Assembly (NCBI GenBank): GCA_963664875.1
Contig: OY761611.1
Coordinates: forward strand, 2,592,001-2,656,000
Origin: Candidatus Kapaibacterium sp.
GTDB taxonomy: Bacteria > Bacteroidota > Ignavibacteria > Kapaibacteriales > UBA2268
DNA length: 64,000 nucleotides
Direction: 5' to 3'
Numbering within the stretch: position 1 is the stretch's first letter; every line of letters begins with the position of its first letter. A program made the position numbers and the translations under genes. Under the pieces are notes generated by a model. That model did not search any database. It saw only the letters and a program-made list of their open reading frames with translations, and had not been told where the DNA came from. Shown one piece after another: positions 1 to 9,410 of this stretch.

Positions 1-7
1 TGTGTTT

Positions 8-40
8 CCACCCCGGCACTACGTGCCACCACTCAAGAGG
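8..40. repeat. REP-like element type A (CACCCCG-hairpin-CCACC-CTCAAGAGGGGAA), left part; interrupted by the IS
   Basis: Continues after the IS at 1233-1247. Intact relative at 7510-7547; other relatives at 7377-7447 (reverse) and 9469-9534. Confidence 0.75.
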
Positions 41-1232
41 CAGGGATGATTTGTTCTTTGTAAATATCATATAATATAGTAAATTATAGAAAGCCAAACA
101 CAAACTTTTCTAATCTGGGGGGATTTATGGAAAAGCAAACGTTAGTAAATTATCTTGATAAGTTGACAGATAAGCGTCGCAGGGAAGGCACACGCCATAA
201 TCAATCATTTGTATTATTGCTGGTTTTGATGGCGACTATGAGCGGACAATATGGCTATCGTGGCATAGAAAGATTTATAAAGAAGAATGCCGAAGACATA
301 CTGAAATATTTAAAGCCTCATAAAGATAGATTACCAACTTACGCAACAATTTTTAGAGTGGTAAATAATATAGATTTTGATGAATTTGCACAGATTTTTA
401 AAGAGTGGTCAAAAGTTTATGCAAAGCCTCAAAGCGGTGAAATAATCAGTATAGATGGCAAAGCTTTGAAAGGCACATTAGTAGAATACAATTCGAAATA
501 CCAGAACTTTATAAGCATTGTTTCTGCACATTCTCAATCAAGTAAAATGTCACTAAGTATAAGCAAATATGAGAATAAAAAATCAAGCGAGATAAGCGTA
601 GTTGAAGAAATGATTAGAGATTTAGAACTGACTGGCGTAGTCTTTACAATGGATGCTTTACACTGTCAAAAAAACTCTAAGAACAATTGTTAGTACTAAC
701 AACAACTATATTATTTGCGTAAAAAAGAATCAAGGTCGTTTGTACAAAGAACTGGAGAGTTTGAGTTCGAGCTGGTCAACAAAGATCGATTATTATAAAA
801 CCGAAGAAACTAATAGAGACAGACGAGAAACTCGTAAAGTATATGTATATTCATTAAACGATAAAATTAAGAACGAGTGGTCCGGATCACAGCAATTAGT
901 AAAGGTACAAAGGATTAGAAAAACAAAACGAATGCAGGAAGTTCATGTACATTATTATTTGAGCAGTCAAGAAAAACCAGCAAAGTATTATATGCAGAGC
1001 ATACGAGGACATTGGGGCATTGAAAACCAGCTACATTGGGTAAAGGATGTGGTAATGAAAGAAGATGCTTGGAAAGTGAGAAATACACAAGCAGCTTCAG
1101 TCATGAGCATAATAAAGTCAATTTGTATCAATATTTTTAGGTCAAAAAAGCGCATTGATTGTACCAACTTTTTCTATGAGACTGCCGACAATGTAGAACT
1201 ATTGGTGACTTTGTCAGAATGAATCAACCCTG
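41..1232 (+). mobile_element. ISAs1-family insertion sequence (1192 bp)
   Basis: Imperfect terminal IRs CAGGGATGATTTGTTCT (41-57) and AGAATGAATCAACCCTG (1216-1232). Flanking 10-bp duplication ACTCAAGAGG (31-40) / CCTCAAGAGG (1233-1242), 9/10 identical. Encloses a DDE transposase. Confidence 0.93.
127..1222 (+). CDS. ISAs1-family DDE transposase split in two ORFs (127-693, 653-1222) by a +1 shift at an A7 run
   Basis: Motifs D-RR, IDGKALKG, KSSEI, TMDALHCQK, VKKNQ, RGHWGIENQLHWVKDV. Frame changes at CAAAAAAAC (667-675). Confidence 0.9.
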
Positions 1233-1247
1233 CCTCAAGAGGGGAAT

Positions 1248-2600
1248 TTAATTTACCACCATTACTTTCATCGACTTAAAAACACTGTTGCCTCTGATAT
1301 TGCAGATATACTTACCTGCACTTACATTGGAACAATCCCATGAAAAAGTATGTTCTCCTGCTTCTAATAAGCCCTGATGTAATGTTTTTATTACTCTGCC
1401 TGAGTTGTCATAGATGAAAACACTGATGTCTTCTGTATTAGCTATTGTGAAAGAAATCTTTGCTGTGTTTGTACTTGGATTTGGATATATTTTATCTTCT
1501 TTTATTTCCTCTTTCTCTTTTACTTTAGTTTTATTCCAAGGAGGGAGGAACACTCCTATTGTATCTGAATTCTCAATGCCATTTTTAAAAGCCGAAACTT
1601 TTATTCCTAAAGAATCAATGTTTTCCAAGTAATCAAATGGTACATATGGTAAAGTTGCAACATTTGTTGAGTCTAAATTATTGAGTTGTCCTATAGCAAA
1701 ATTTGTTCTCTCTTTGTTTCTAAATACAATTTCTTCACCATTGAAGGAAAATATATTGCTTATAGAACTTCTTAATAAATAGGGGTTTTTTAATTCTACT
1801 TTTTTATAGTCAGGATAAGTATAGAGATGTTCTATATTTCCGCTTTGATCACGATCGCTTGAAACACAAAAGAAATTGTGGTTCGTCGCAAAAAAAACAG
1901 AGGACTCTGATCTTGAGTTTTCGCAGGCATAGCTTTTTAAGCCAATAAATTTATTTATTGTAAGATCTAAATAACAGATATTGTAAACAGATGATGTTGA
2001 ATGTGGTACGCAGATGTTTTTTTCATATGTCATATAGTTAATAAACAATTTTGTATTATCAGGAGAGATAGTAAACCAAGACATTCCTGCATAGTAGTCA
2101 TCCTTATCAACTTCTTTTATTATATTGTTCTCAAAAAGAAAATTACCGGTTTCAACGTCATAAGCATAAATCTCATTGGCTGAATTAAGATATAGAGCCT
2201 TGCCATCTGAAGACTTAGCTGCATAGTACAAATCACTATATATGTTTTCCAAAATTTTATAAGTAGTTCCAGTAGTAAGATTCCATATTTGAAATTTGCT
2301 TTTTCGCTTGCCTGAATTTGTAAATACCAGTCGGCTATCTCCAGTTATAAAAATCTTTTTGTAGGAATTAGAAGAATCTGCTTCAAAATCAAGAATAAAA
2401 TCTCCTGTTTCAGCATCCCAAAGTTGGAGCTTGTCTGTAAGTGTAACTACATATTTCCCATCTGGTGAGACGGCTATATCTTTTACTTTGGTATTATTTT
2501 CAATTGCCTTCCACCACAAGACATTTTCAAATTCCTGAGCCTGCAAGTAGTTTGGTAGAAGAAAAATTACAAATAAAAGCATTGAAATGAGCTTTTGCAT
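1248..2600 (-). CDS. Secreted WD40-like beta-propeller with T9SS type A C-terminal domain (array copy 1)
   Basis: Signal peptide, SPDGKY...LQLWD repeats, C-terminal IYPNP...G-Y...KVMV. Confidence 0.85.
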   Translation of the reverse strand: MQKLISMLLFVIFLLPNYLQAQEFENVLWWKAIENNTKVKDIAVSPDGKYVVTLTDKLQLWDAETGDFILDFEADSSNSYKKIFITGDSRLVFTNSGKRKSKFQIWNLTTGTTYKILENIYSDLYYAAKSSDGKALYLNSANEIYAYDVETGNFLFENNIIKEVDKDDYYAGMSWFTISPDNTKLFINYMTYEKNICVPHSTSSVYNICYLDLTINKFIGLKSYACENSRSESSVFFATNHNFFCVSSDRDQSGNIEHLYTYPDYKKVELKNPYLLRSSISNIFSFNGEEIVFRNKERTNFAIGQLNNLDSTNVATLPYVPFDYLENIDSLGIKVSAFKNGIENSDTIGVFLPPWNKTKVKEKEEIKEDKIYPNPSTNTAKISFTIANTEDISVFIYDNSGRVIKTLHQGLLEAGEHTFSWDCSNVSAGKYICNIRGNSVFKSMKVMVVN

Positions 2601-2634
2601 TTTGGGGTATCCTTGTGTTTGTGTTTTTTCTTGT

Positions 2635-2774
2635 CGCCCTTACAGGGCTCTATATTCTTATGACTTCTCTTTTTCCCGGGGTGCTGCCCCGGGCTAATTT
2701 CTTTGAGCCTTTCAGGCTCGCACCATAATTCGTAATTCGTAATTCGTAATTCGTAATTTGAAATTGGTAATTGA
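2635..2774. repeat. REP-like type B cluster plus TAATTCG heptamer tandem repeat
   Basis: Hairpins GCCCTTACAGGGC, CCCGGGGTGCTGCCCCGGG, GAGCCTTTCAGGCTC. Four perfect TAATTCG units (2726-2753) plus three degenerate. Confidence 0.85.
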
Positions 2775-2777
2775 TTT

Positions 2778-4097
2778 CTACCTCGCCACCATCACTTTCA
2801 TCGACTTAAAAACACTGTTTCCTCTGATATTGCAGATATACTTACCTGCACTTACATTGGAACAATCCCATGAAAAAGTATGTTCTCCTGCTTCTAATAA
2901 GCCCTGATGTAATGTTTGTATTACTCTGCCTGAGTTGTCGTAAATTAGAACTCTGATATCTTCTGCTTTAGCTAAACTGAAAGAAATCTCAGCAGTGTTT
3001 GTACTAGGATTTGGATAAATCTTATCTTCTTTTATTTCCTCTTTCTCTTTTACTTTAGTTTTATTCCAAGGAGGGAGGAACACTCCTATTGTATCTTTTG
3101 TGTTTATATGTGCAACCCTGCCACGAAAAGCTGGCATCTTTGTACCTGATGTATCTGTATCTCTTAAATAGAGGAATGGAATATATGGTAGTTTTTTATT
3201 ATCTCTGATATTCCCATTTTTTTGTGGCAAGATATAGAAATGTCTATAAGGAGAATTAAAAGTTTGCCCATCAACTACCAGTTCATTGCTTACTGGCGAC
3301 AGATAGTAATTCGTACATTGTAGGGTATCTCTATCGACAAAAAATGAAACATCTTTTAATTCAGGATACGAGTATATAGCAGTTGGGATCCAACCATAAT
3401 GAAATGCTCCTGTAAAAAGCAGCATATACTTACCGTTTCTACTAAATTCCACATCTGAAGTTGCATTTTCATGTGCATGTTGTGGCATATATTCTTCAAT
3501 TTTAAGTGTATTTGCATCAAGCCAATAGATGCCGTGCGAAGTCATATCTTCATTGGTCCATCCGTATATGATGTACTTGTCATCTGGAGAGTATGTTATT
3601 CCGCCTCTGACATAATCATTTAATTGCTTTGAAGCTATTAATTTCTGTGTTTCGATGTCGTAAACGTATAAAATGTCAGAATCTAATATTGCGATTCGTT
3701 TACTATCGTTCGACATGGAGACACCATCAATATCATTATTATCACTAAATCTGCGGAATATTTTTCCTGTTTCTGTTTCCCATATAGCAAAATCACTTTC
3801 TTTCATTTTATGCGATGCGTAAACATATTTTCCATTTCGTGAGAAATATATATCTGACCCTCGTATGTAACTATCAATCTCAAAATCCATGATAAAATCA
3901 CCATTGTTTGCATCCCACATTTGTAGCTTATCAGTAAGTGAAAGGAAATATTTACCATCAGGTGATATAGCAACATCCCTTACTCTGCCTGGATTATCCA
4001 TTACCTTCCACCACAAGACATTTTCAAATTCCTGAGCCTGCAAGTAGTTTGGTAGAAGAAAAATTACAAATAAAAGCATTGAAATGAGCTTTTGCAT
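2778..4097 (-). CDS. Secreted WD40-like beta-propeller with T9SS CTD (array copy 2)
   Basis: Paralog of copy 1 with identical signal peptide and near-identical CTD. Confidence 0.85.
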   Translation of the reverse strand: MQKLISMLLFVIFLLPNYLQAQEFENVLWWKVMDNPGRVRDVAISPDGKYFLSLTDKLQMWDANNGDFIMDFEIDSYIRGSDIYFSRNGKYVYASHKMKESDFAIWETETGKIFRRFSDNNDIDGVSMSNDSKRIAILDSDILYVYDIETQKLIASKQLNDYVRGGITYSPDDKYIIYGWTNEDMTSHGIYWLDANTLKIEEYMPQHAHENATSDVEFSRNGKYMLLFTGAFHYGWIPTAIYSYPELKDVSFFVDRDTLQCTNYYLSPVSNELVVDGQTFNSPYRHFYILPQKNGNIRDNKKLPYIPFLYLRDTDTSGTKMPAFRGRVAHINTKDTIGVFLPPWNKTKVKEKEEIKEDKIYPNPSTNTAEISFSLAKAEDIRVLIYDNSGRVIQTLHQGLLEAGEHTFSWDCSNVSAGKYICNIRGNSVFKSMKVMVAR

Positions 4098-4130
4098 TTT
4101 GGTTTATCCTTGTGTTTGTTTTTGCCTCAT

Positions 4131-4366
4131 CAGCCTGAAAGGCTGACATCAGTAGCACAGGGTGAAGCCCTGTGAAAGAGATATTTCCAAATTTTTTCAA
4201 GCCCTGTAAGGGCGTAATCACAAAACCACTCACCTCGCTCCGCTCGGTTATGGAAACGGGGATGGTGGGGTTGCCTTTTCCCCGGGGCGCTGCCCCGGGC
4301 TAATATCTTTGAGCCTTTCAGGCTTTCACCAAAATTCGTAATTCATAATTTGAAATTCGTAATTGA
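4131..4366. repeat. Composite inverted REP-like type B element plus degenerate heptamers
   Basis: AGCCTGAAAGGCT / CACAGGGTGAAGCCCTGTG / GCCCTGTAAGGGC, followed by oppositely oriented CCCGGGGCGCTGCCCCGGG / AGCCTTTCAGGCT. Heptamers at 4332-4366. Confidence 0.8.
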
Positions 4367-5690
4367 CTACCTCGCCACCATTACTTTCATCGATTTGAAA
4401 ACACTGTTGCCTCTGATATTGCAGATATACTTACCTGCACTTACATTGGAACAATCCCATGAAAAAGTATGTTCTCCTGCTTCTAATAAGCCCTGATGTA
4501 ATGTTTGCATTTCTCTGCCTGAGTTATCGTAAATTAGAACTCTGATATCTTCAGCTTTAGCTAAACTGAATGTTATCTCTGCTGTGTTTGTGCTTGGATT
4601 TGGATAAATCTTATCTTCTTTTATTTCCTCTTTCTCTTTTACTTTAGTTTTATTCCAAGGAGGAAGAAATACTCCTATTGTATCTTTTGTGTTTATATGT
4701 GCAACCCTGCCACGAAAAGCTGGCATCTTTGTACCTGATGTATCTGTATCTCTTAAATAGAGGAATGGAATATATGGTAGTTTTTTATTATCTCTGATTT
4801 TTCCATCTTTTTGTGACAAGATATAGAAATGTCTATAAGGAGAATTAAAAGTTTGCCCATCAACTACCAGTTCATTGCTTACTGGCGACAGATAGTAATT
4901 CGTACATTGTAGGGTATCTCTATCGACAAAAAATGAAACATCTTGTAATTCAGGATATGTATAAATAGCTGTTGGGATCCAACCATAAGAATGGAAACTT
5001 GTATAAACTAACATATACTTACCATCTCTGCTGAAAGCAACATCAGAAGTTGCACTTTCGTGCATATGCTGAGGCATATAATCAACATATTCTAAAGTAT
5101 TTGCATCTAAAAAATATACACCGTGCTGTTCTTCACTATTGCTTGTCCAAGCATGCAGAATATATTTGTCGTCCGGTGAGTATTCTATTCCTCCTTTCAC
5201 ATATTCTTTGAGCTGTCTTTGCGCTAACAATTCTTTGGATTCAACATCACATACAGATAAAATATAATCTCCACTATAAACAGCTATCTTTAAGTTATCA
5301 CTTGTCATTTGTGCATGATATATATCATTATTTGAAGGAAATCTTCTATAAATTTTTCCTGTTGCTACTTCCCAAATCGCAAAATCAGAATTCTTCATTT
5401 CGCTACCTGAATAGATATATTTTCCGTCTTTAGAAAAATAAATATCTCCACCCCATAGATACCCATCCAATTCACATTCCAATATATAGTCGCCATTGTT
5501 CGCATTCCATAACTGAAGCTTATCTGTTAAAGATGCCATAATATTTCCCATCTGGTGAGACGGCTATATCTTTTACTTTGGTATTATTTTCAATTACCTT
5601 CCACCACAAGACATTTTCAAATTCCTGAGCCTGCAAGTAGTTTGGTAGAAGAAAAATTACAAATAAAAGCATTGAAATGAGCTTTTGCAT
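4367..5690 (-). pseudogene. WD40-like/T9SS CTD array copy 3, frameshifted (+1 nt) near 5540
   Basis: ATG at 5690 encodes the same MQKLISMLL signal peptide. Total length 1324 = 3n+1. GGG AAA TAT T ATG GCA shows the extra base. Confidence 0.85.
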
Positions 5691-5724
5691 TTTGGGGTAT
5701 CCTTGTGTTTGTGTTTTTTCTTGT

Positions 5725-5901
5725 CGCCCTTACAGGGCTCTATATTCTTATGACTTCTCTTTTTCCCGCACTTCGACTCGCTGCGCTCGCTCAGTGACCT
5801 TAGCTGCCCCGGGCTAATATCTTTGAGCCTTTCAGGCTCGCACCATAATTCGTAATTCGTAATTCGTAATTCGTAATTCGTAATTTGAAATTGGTAATTG
5901 A
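5725..5901. repeat. REP-like type B cluster with nested CTTCGAC..GCTCAG element and five TAATTCG heptamers
   Basis: Matches 2635-2774 except an insert at about 5769-5802, one extra heptamer and a point difference. Confidence 0.85.
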
Positions 5902-5904
5902 TTT

Positions 5905-7227
5905 CTACCTCGCCACCATTACTTTCATCGATCTAAAAACACTGTTGCCTCTGATATTGCAGATATACTTACCTGCACTTACATTGGAACAATCCCATGA
6001 AAAAGTATGTTCTCCTGTTTCTAATAAGCCCTGATATAATGTTTGTATTACTCTGCCTGAGTTGTCATAAATGAAAACACTGATGTCTTCTGCATCAGCA
6101 ATTGTGAAAGTTATCTCTGCTGCATTTGTGCTTGGATTTGGATATATTTTATCTTCTTTTATTGTTTCTTTCTCTTTTACTTTAGTTTTATTCCATGGAG
6201 GAAGAAATACTCCTATGGTGTCTTTTGTGTTTATATGTGCAACCCTGCCACGAAAAGCTGGCATCTTTGTACCTGATGTATCTGTATCTCTTAAATAGAG
6301 GAATGGAATATATGGTAGTTTTTTATTATCTCTGATTTTTCCATCTTTTTGTGACAAGATATAGAAATGTCTATAAGGAGAATTAAAAGTTTGCCCATCA
6401 ACTACCAGTTCATTGCTTACTGGCGACAGATAGTAATTCGTACATTGTAGGGTATCTCTATCGACAAAAAATGAAACATCTTTTAATTCAGGATACGAGT
6501 ATATAGCAGTTGGGATCCAACCATAATGAAATGCTCCTGTAAAAAGCAGCATATACTTACCGTTTCTACTAAATTCCACATCTGAAGTTGCATTTTCATG
6601 TGCGTGTTGCGGCATATATTCTTCAATTTTGAGTGTATTTGCATCAAGCCAATAGATGCCGTGTGAAGTCATATTTTCATTGGTCCATCCGTATATGATG
6701 TACTTATCATCAGGCGAGTATGTGATTCCACCCCTGACATAATCATTTAATTGCTTTGAAGCTATTAGTTCCTGTGTTTCGATGTCGTAAATAGATACGA
6801 TGTCGTGGTGATCTAAAAATGCAATTCGTTTGCAGTCATTAGAAATTGATACATCATCTACTTTTGTTTGAAAACTGAATCTTTTATAGATTTTTCCTGT
6901 TTCTGTTTCCCAAATAGCAAAATCACTTTCTTTCATTTCACTTTTTGTATAAATAAACTTACTATTGCTCGAAAAACGAATCTTGGTAGAACCTAAGTAA
7001 TTATCTAATTCACAATCAAGTAAAAAATCTCCTGTGTTAGCATCCCAAACTTGCAATTTATCAGTAAGCGAAAGAAAATATTTACCATCAGGAGAGATAG
7101 CAACATCAACTACCTGTGTTTGCCCATCTAAAGCCTTCCACCACAAGACATTTTCAAATTCCTGAGCCTGCAAGTAGTTTGGTAGAAGAAAAATTACAAA
7201 AAAAAGCATTGAAATGAGCTTTTGCAT
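5905..7227 (-). CDS. Secreted WD40-like beta-propeller with T9SS CTD (array copy 4)
   Basis: Paralog; nearly identical to copy 2 from IASKQLNDY through the start of the CTD. Confidence 0.85.
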   Translation of the reverse strand: MQKLISMLFFVIFLLPNYLQAQEFENVLWWKALDGQTQVVDVAISPDGKYFLSLTDKLQVWDANTGDFLLDCELDNYLGSTKIRFSSNSKFIYTKSEMKESDFAIWETETGKIYKRFSFQTKVDDVSISNDCKRIAFLDHHDIVSIYDIETQELIASKQLNDYVRGGITYSPDDKYIIYGWTNENMTSHGIYWLDANTLKIEEYMPQHAHENATSDVEFSRNGKYMLLFTGAFHYGWIPTAIYSYPELKDVSFFVDRDTLQCTNYYLSPVSNELVVDGQTFNSPYRHFYILSQKDGKIRDNKKLPYIPFLYLRDTDTSGTKMPAFRGRVAHINTKDTIGVFLPPWNKTKVKEKETIKEDKIYPNPSTNAAEITFTIADAEDISVFIYDNSGRVIQTLYQGLLETGEHTFSWDCSNVSAGKYICNIRGNSVFRSMKVMVAR

Positions 7228-7261
7228 TTTGGTTTATCCTTATGTTTGTTTTTTTTCTTGC

Positions 7262-7583
7262 CGCCCTTACAGGGCTCTATATTCTTTGACTTCTCTTTTT
7301 CCCGGGGCGCTGCCCCGGGCTAATATCTTTGAGCCTTTCAGGCTCTCTACCTGTATTTTTCAGCCGAACCCCTTTCCATTCCCCTCTTGAGCGCCGTGCT
7401 GAGCCTGCCGAAGTAGGGTGGCTCGTCGGCAGACGAGACGGGGTGGAACAAGACGAAGCACATATTTTCAGATTATGCAGTATGTTTTTTATATAAATAA
7501 AATTCTTCTCCACCCCGCCCTTTCAGGGCACCACTCAAGAGGGGAATTTTTAATGCTCTAATATTTTTGAGCCCTTCAGGCTC
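7262..7583. repeat. Cluster of REP-like type B and type A elements
   Basis: Type B at 7262-7345 and about 7569-7583. Type A reverse at 7377-7447 (with nested insert) and forward at 7510-7547. Confidence 0.8.
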
Positions 7584-7739
7584 TCACACTCTTTTACACC
7601 TACATTCTTATAACGACACACAAGCTACAACAAAGTCTCATAATATTTAAATAATATTATTGGTTGTAACAGTTTCTGAATTGCTATTTTAACTATTGTG
7701 TAAGGATATGGTGAGAGGATAATATGATTTAAAGGGAAA

Positions 7740-8420
7740 TTACAACAAGTCGCAAAAATAGAAGCCGTGTTTGTCTTCAGGTGAGTAAAAGCGGTGGATA
7801 ATTTCGCCTTTTTTGAATGGGATTGCTGATTTGAAAATCGGACCGTCGAAGACAAATGAGTGGAACTCTCCGTTTTCGCCGCAGGGGTCAACTCCTGCCG
7901 GAAGTGAGTTGATGAAATCCATATCTATCATTCTGCCGACATAGTCTTTTGAGAGTTTGGAAGCATCAACGGCTGTTACTATTGCTTTGAAACCAAGTGC
8001 GATAAAATCACGCACAAGAGCAGATGTATCCATTTTCCACAATGGGAATACAGTTTTTATTTCTACTTTTGCAGATTGTTCTTCGCGATATTTTCGCAAA
8101 TCTTCTAAAAATATGTCACCAAAGATTGAGTATTCTATTTCCTGTGACTTAAACTCATTCATCATTTTCAACAGCTCGGCTTCGTACTGTGAATTGTCCG
8201 GAGCTGCCGGCAGGGAGAATGTTGTGAGTGGAATACCAATGCTATCAGCCTGCATTTGTAAAAGCTCATAGCGAACACCGTGCATAGAGATACGCTTAGT
8301 ATCTGCATTTACGGACGTGAGTAGTGAAGAAATCGAATATTCCTCGTCCTTCAAAACTTTATACAATGCAAAAGCCGAATCCTTTCCGCCGCTCCAGTTA
8401 AATATCGCTTTTTTATTCAT
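7740..8420 (-). CDS. PP-loop ATP pyrophosphatase, diphthine-ammonia ligase (MJ0570/Dph6)-like
   Basis: WSGGKDS, FGDIFLED, DPCGENGEFHSFVFDGP. Confidence 0.9.
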   Translation of the reverse strand: MNKKAIFNWSGGKDSAFALYKVLKDEEYSISSLLTSVNADTKRISMHGVRYELLQMQADSIGIPLTTFSLPAAPDNSQYEAELLKMMNEFKSQEIEYSIFGDIFLEDLRKYREEQSAKVEIKTVFPLWKMDTSALVRDFIALGFKAIVTAVDASKLSKDYVGRMIDMDFINSLPAGVDPCGENGEFHSFVFDGPIFKSAIPFKKGEIIHRFYSPEDKHGFYFCDLL

Positions 8421-8428
8421 GTAGCAAC

Positions 8429-9115
8429 CTATAATCTTTGAAAAAATCTATCAAAACGGAGTTCGCCTGTCTGAGGTTCCGCAGAGAAATATATAAATTC
8501 TACTTTACCCAATATATCACTTTGCGGCACAAAACCAAACTCTCGCGAATCATGGCTGTAATCGGAATTGTCCCCGAGTAGCATGAAATAATTCTCTTTA
8601 AACTCGTAAGAATATACTATCCCCAAATCTGAGTCCGAAGAGTCAAATATTGCTGTAGAGTATATTAAGTCAGGATTTTCCTGCTCAATTGCCTGCTTAT
8701 AAAAGGGATGGAATTTTTCAATATCACGGCAGTAAATTGTCATGCCCTCATAAGGAATTTGCAGATTCAAAGCCTCAAATTTGCCGGCAGGAAAATACTT
8801 GTTAGATATTTTGAAATAGGTATCGCCGTCCTTTTTAGAAATACTATCGCCGGGCATTCCAACTGCTCGCTTGACTAATTTAGTCTGAGTAGCAACTATA
8901 TCATTTCTTTTTATATCAAATAACTCAACTAACAGCCCACCCACACCAAAAGAATACGCCATTTTATTTATAAACACATAATCTCCCGGCAAAATTTCAG
9001 GCATCATCGAACGCGTGGGGACAAGAGCAAAGCCCAGCACAAGGAGCCTCAACAGCACTACTGCCGCAAAAATCACAGCAAATATTTGCAAAGTATCTTT
9101 AGCTCTTTTTGTCAA
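8429..9115 (-). CDS. lepB: Signal peptidase I
   Basis: One TM helix, VPTRSMMP (catalytic Ser), LVKRAVGMPGD (catalytic Lys), GDNSDYSHDSREFG. TTG start. Confidence 0.88.
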   Translation of the reverse strand: MTKRAKDTLQIFAVIFAAVVLLRLLVLGFALVPTRSMMPEILPGDYVFINKMAYSFGVGGLLVELFDIKRNDIVATQTKLVKRAVGMPGDSISKKDGDTYFKISNKYFPAGKFEALNLQIPYEGMTIYCRDIEKFHPFYKQAIEQENPDLIYSTAIFDSSDSDLGIVYSYEFKENYFMLLGDNSDYSHDSREFGFVPQSDILGKVEFIYFSAEPQTGELRFDRFFQRL

Positions 9116-9239
9116 ATCTCTTCTCCTAATTTTTTACAAGCCAATTATTTCTTAATTTTGTAAATTGTTTGGGGTGTATAGAGTTTGTTGAATAAACAAG
9201 CTAACACAATTAATTTTTTGCATTTTAAATTTGTAAATA

Positions 9240-9410
9240 GTGTGATATGTCAAAAATAGATCTTGTTCTTGCCGACGGCTATACTTCGACAAGCTCAGTA
9301 TCCTTTATCGATTGCAGTGAGTTACACAAGTGCAACCGACTGCTTCAGCTGTCGGTAAAACTTGCAAACAGCAAGAAGATGATGCATATTTTGACTTATG
9401 ATACATCCAT
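9240..9410. mobile_element. Possible MITE-like element with imperfect terminal inverted repeats
   Basis: Left GTGTGATATGTCAAAA..TTCTTGC versus right GCAAGAA..TTTTGACTTATGATACATCC. Non-coding; internal ACCGAC..GTCGGT hairpin and nested ACTTCGACAAGCTCAG. Confidence 0.45.

Noticed and set aside
2726-5901. TAATTCG arrays and REP clusters as a CRISPR array
   Set aside because: Units are 7 bp and contiguous, with no unique spacers of constant length; no cas genes.
1248-7227. Diversity-generating retroelement driving WD40 variation
   Set aside because: No reverse transcriptase or template repeat in the window. Variation is N-terminal, segmental and includes indels, not an adenine-specific C-terminal pattern.
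1248-7227. Integron cassette array
   Set aside because: No integrase; spacers lack an evident attC RYYYAAC...GTTRRRY structure; genes are paralogs rather than diverse cassettes.
7277-7513. 78-aa ORF upstream of the WD40 array
   Set aside because: Reads through REP-like repeats; spurious.
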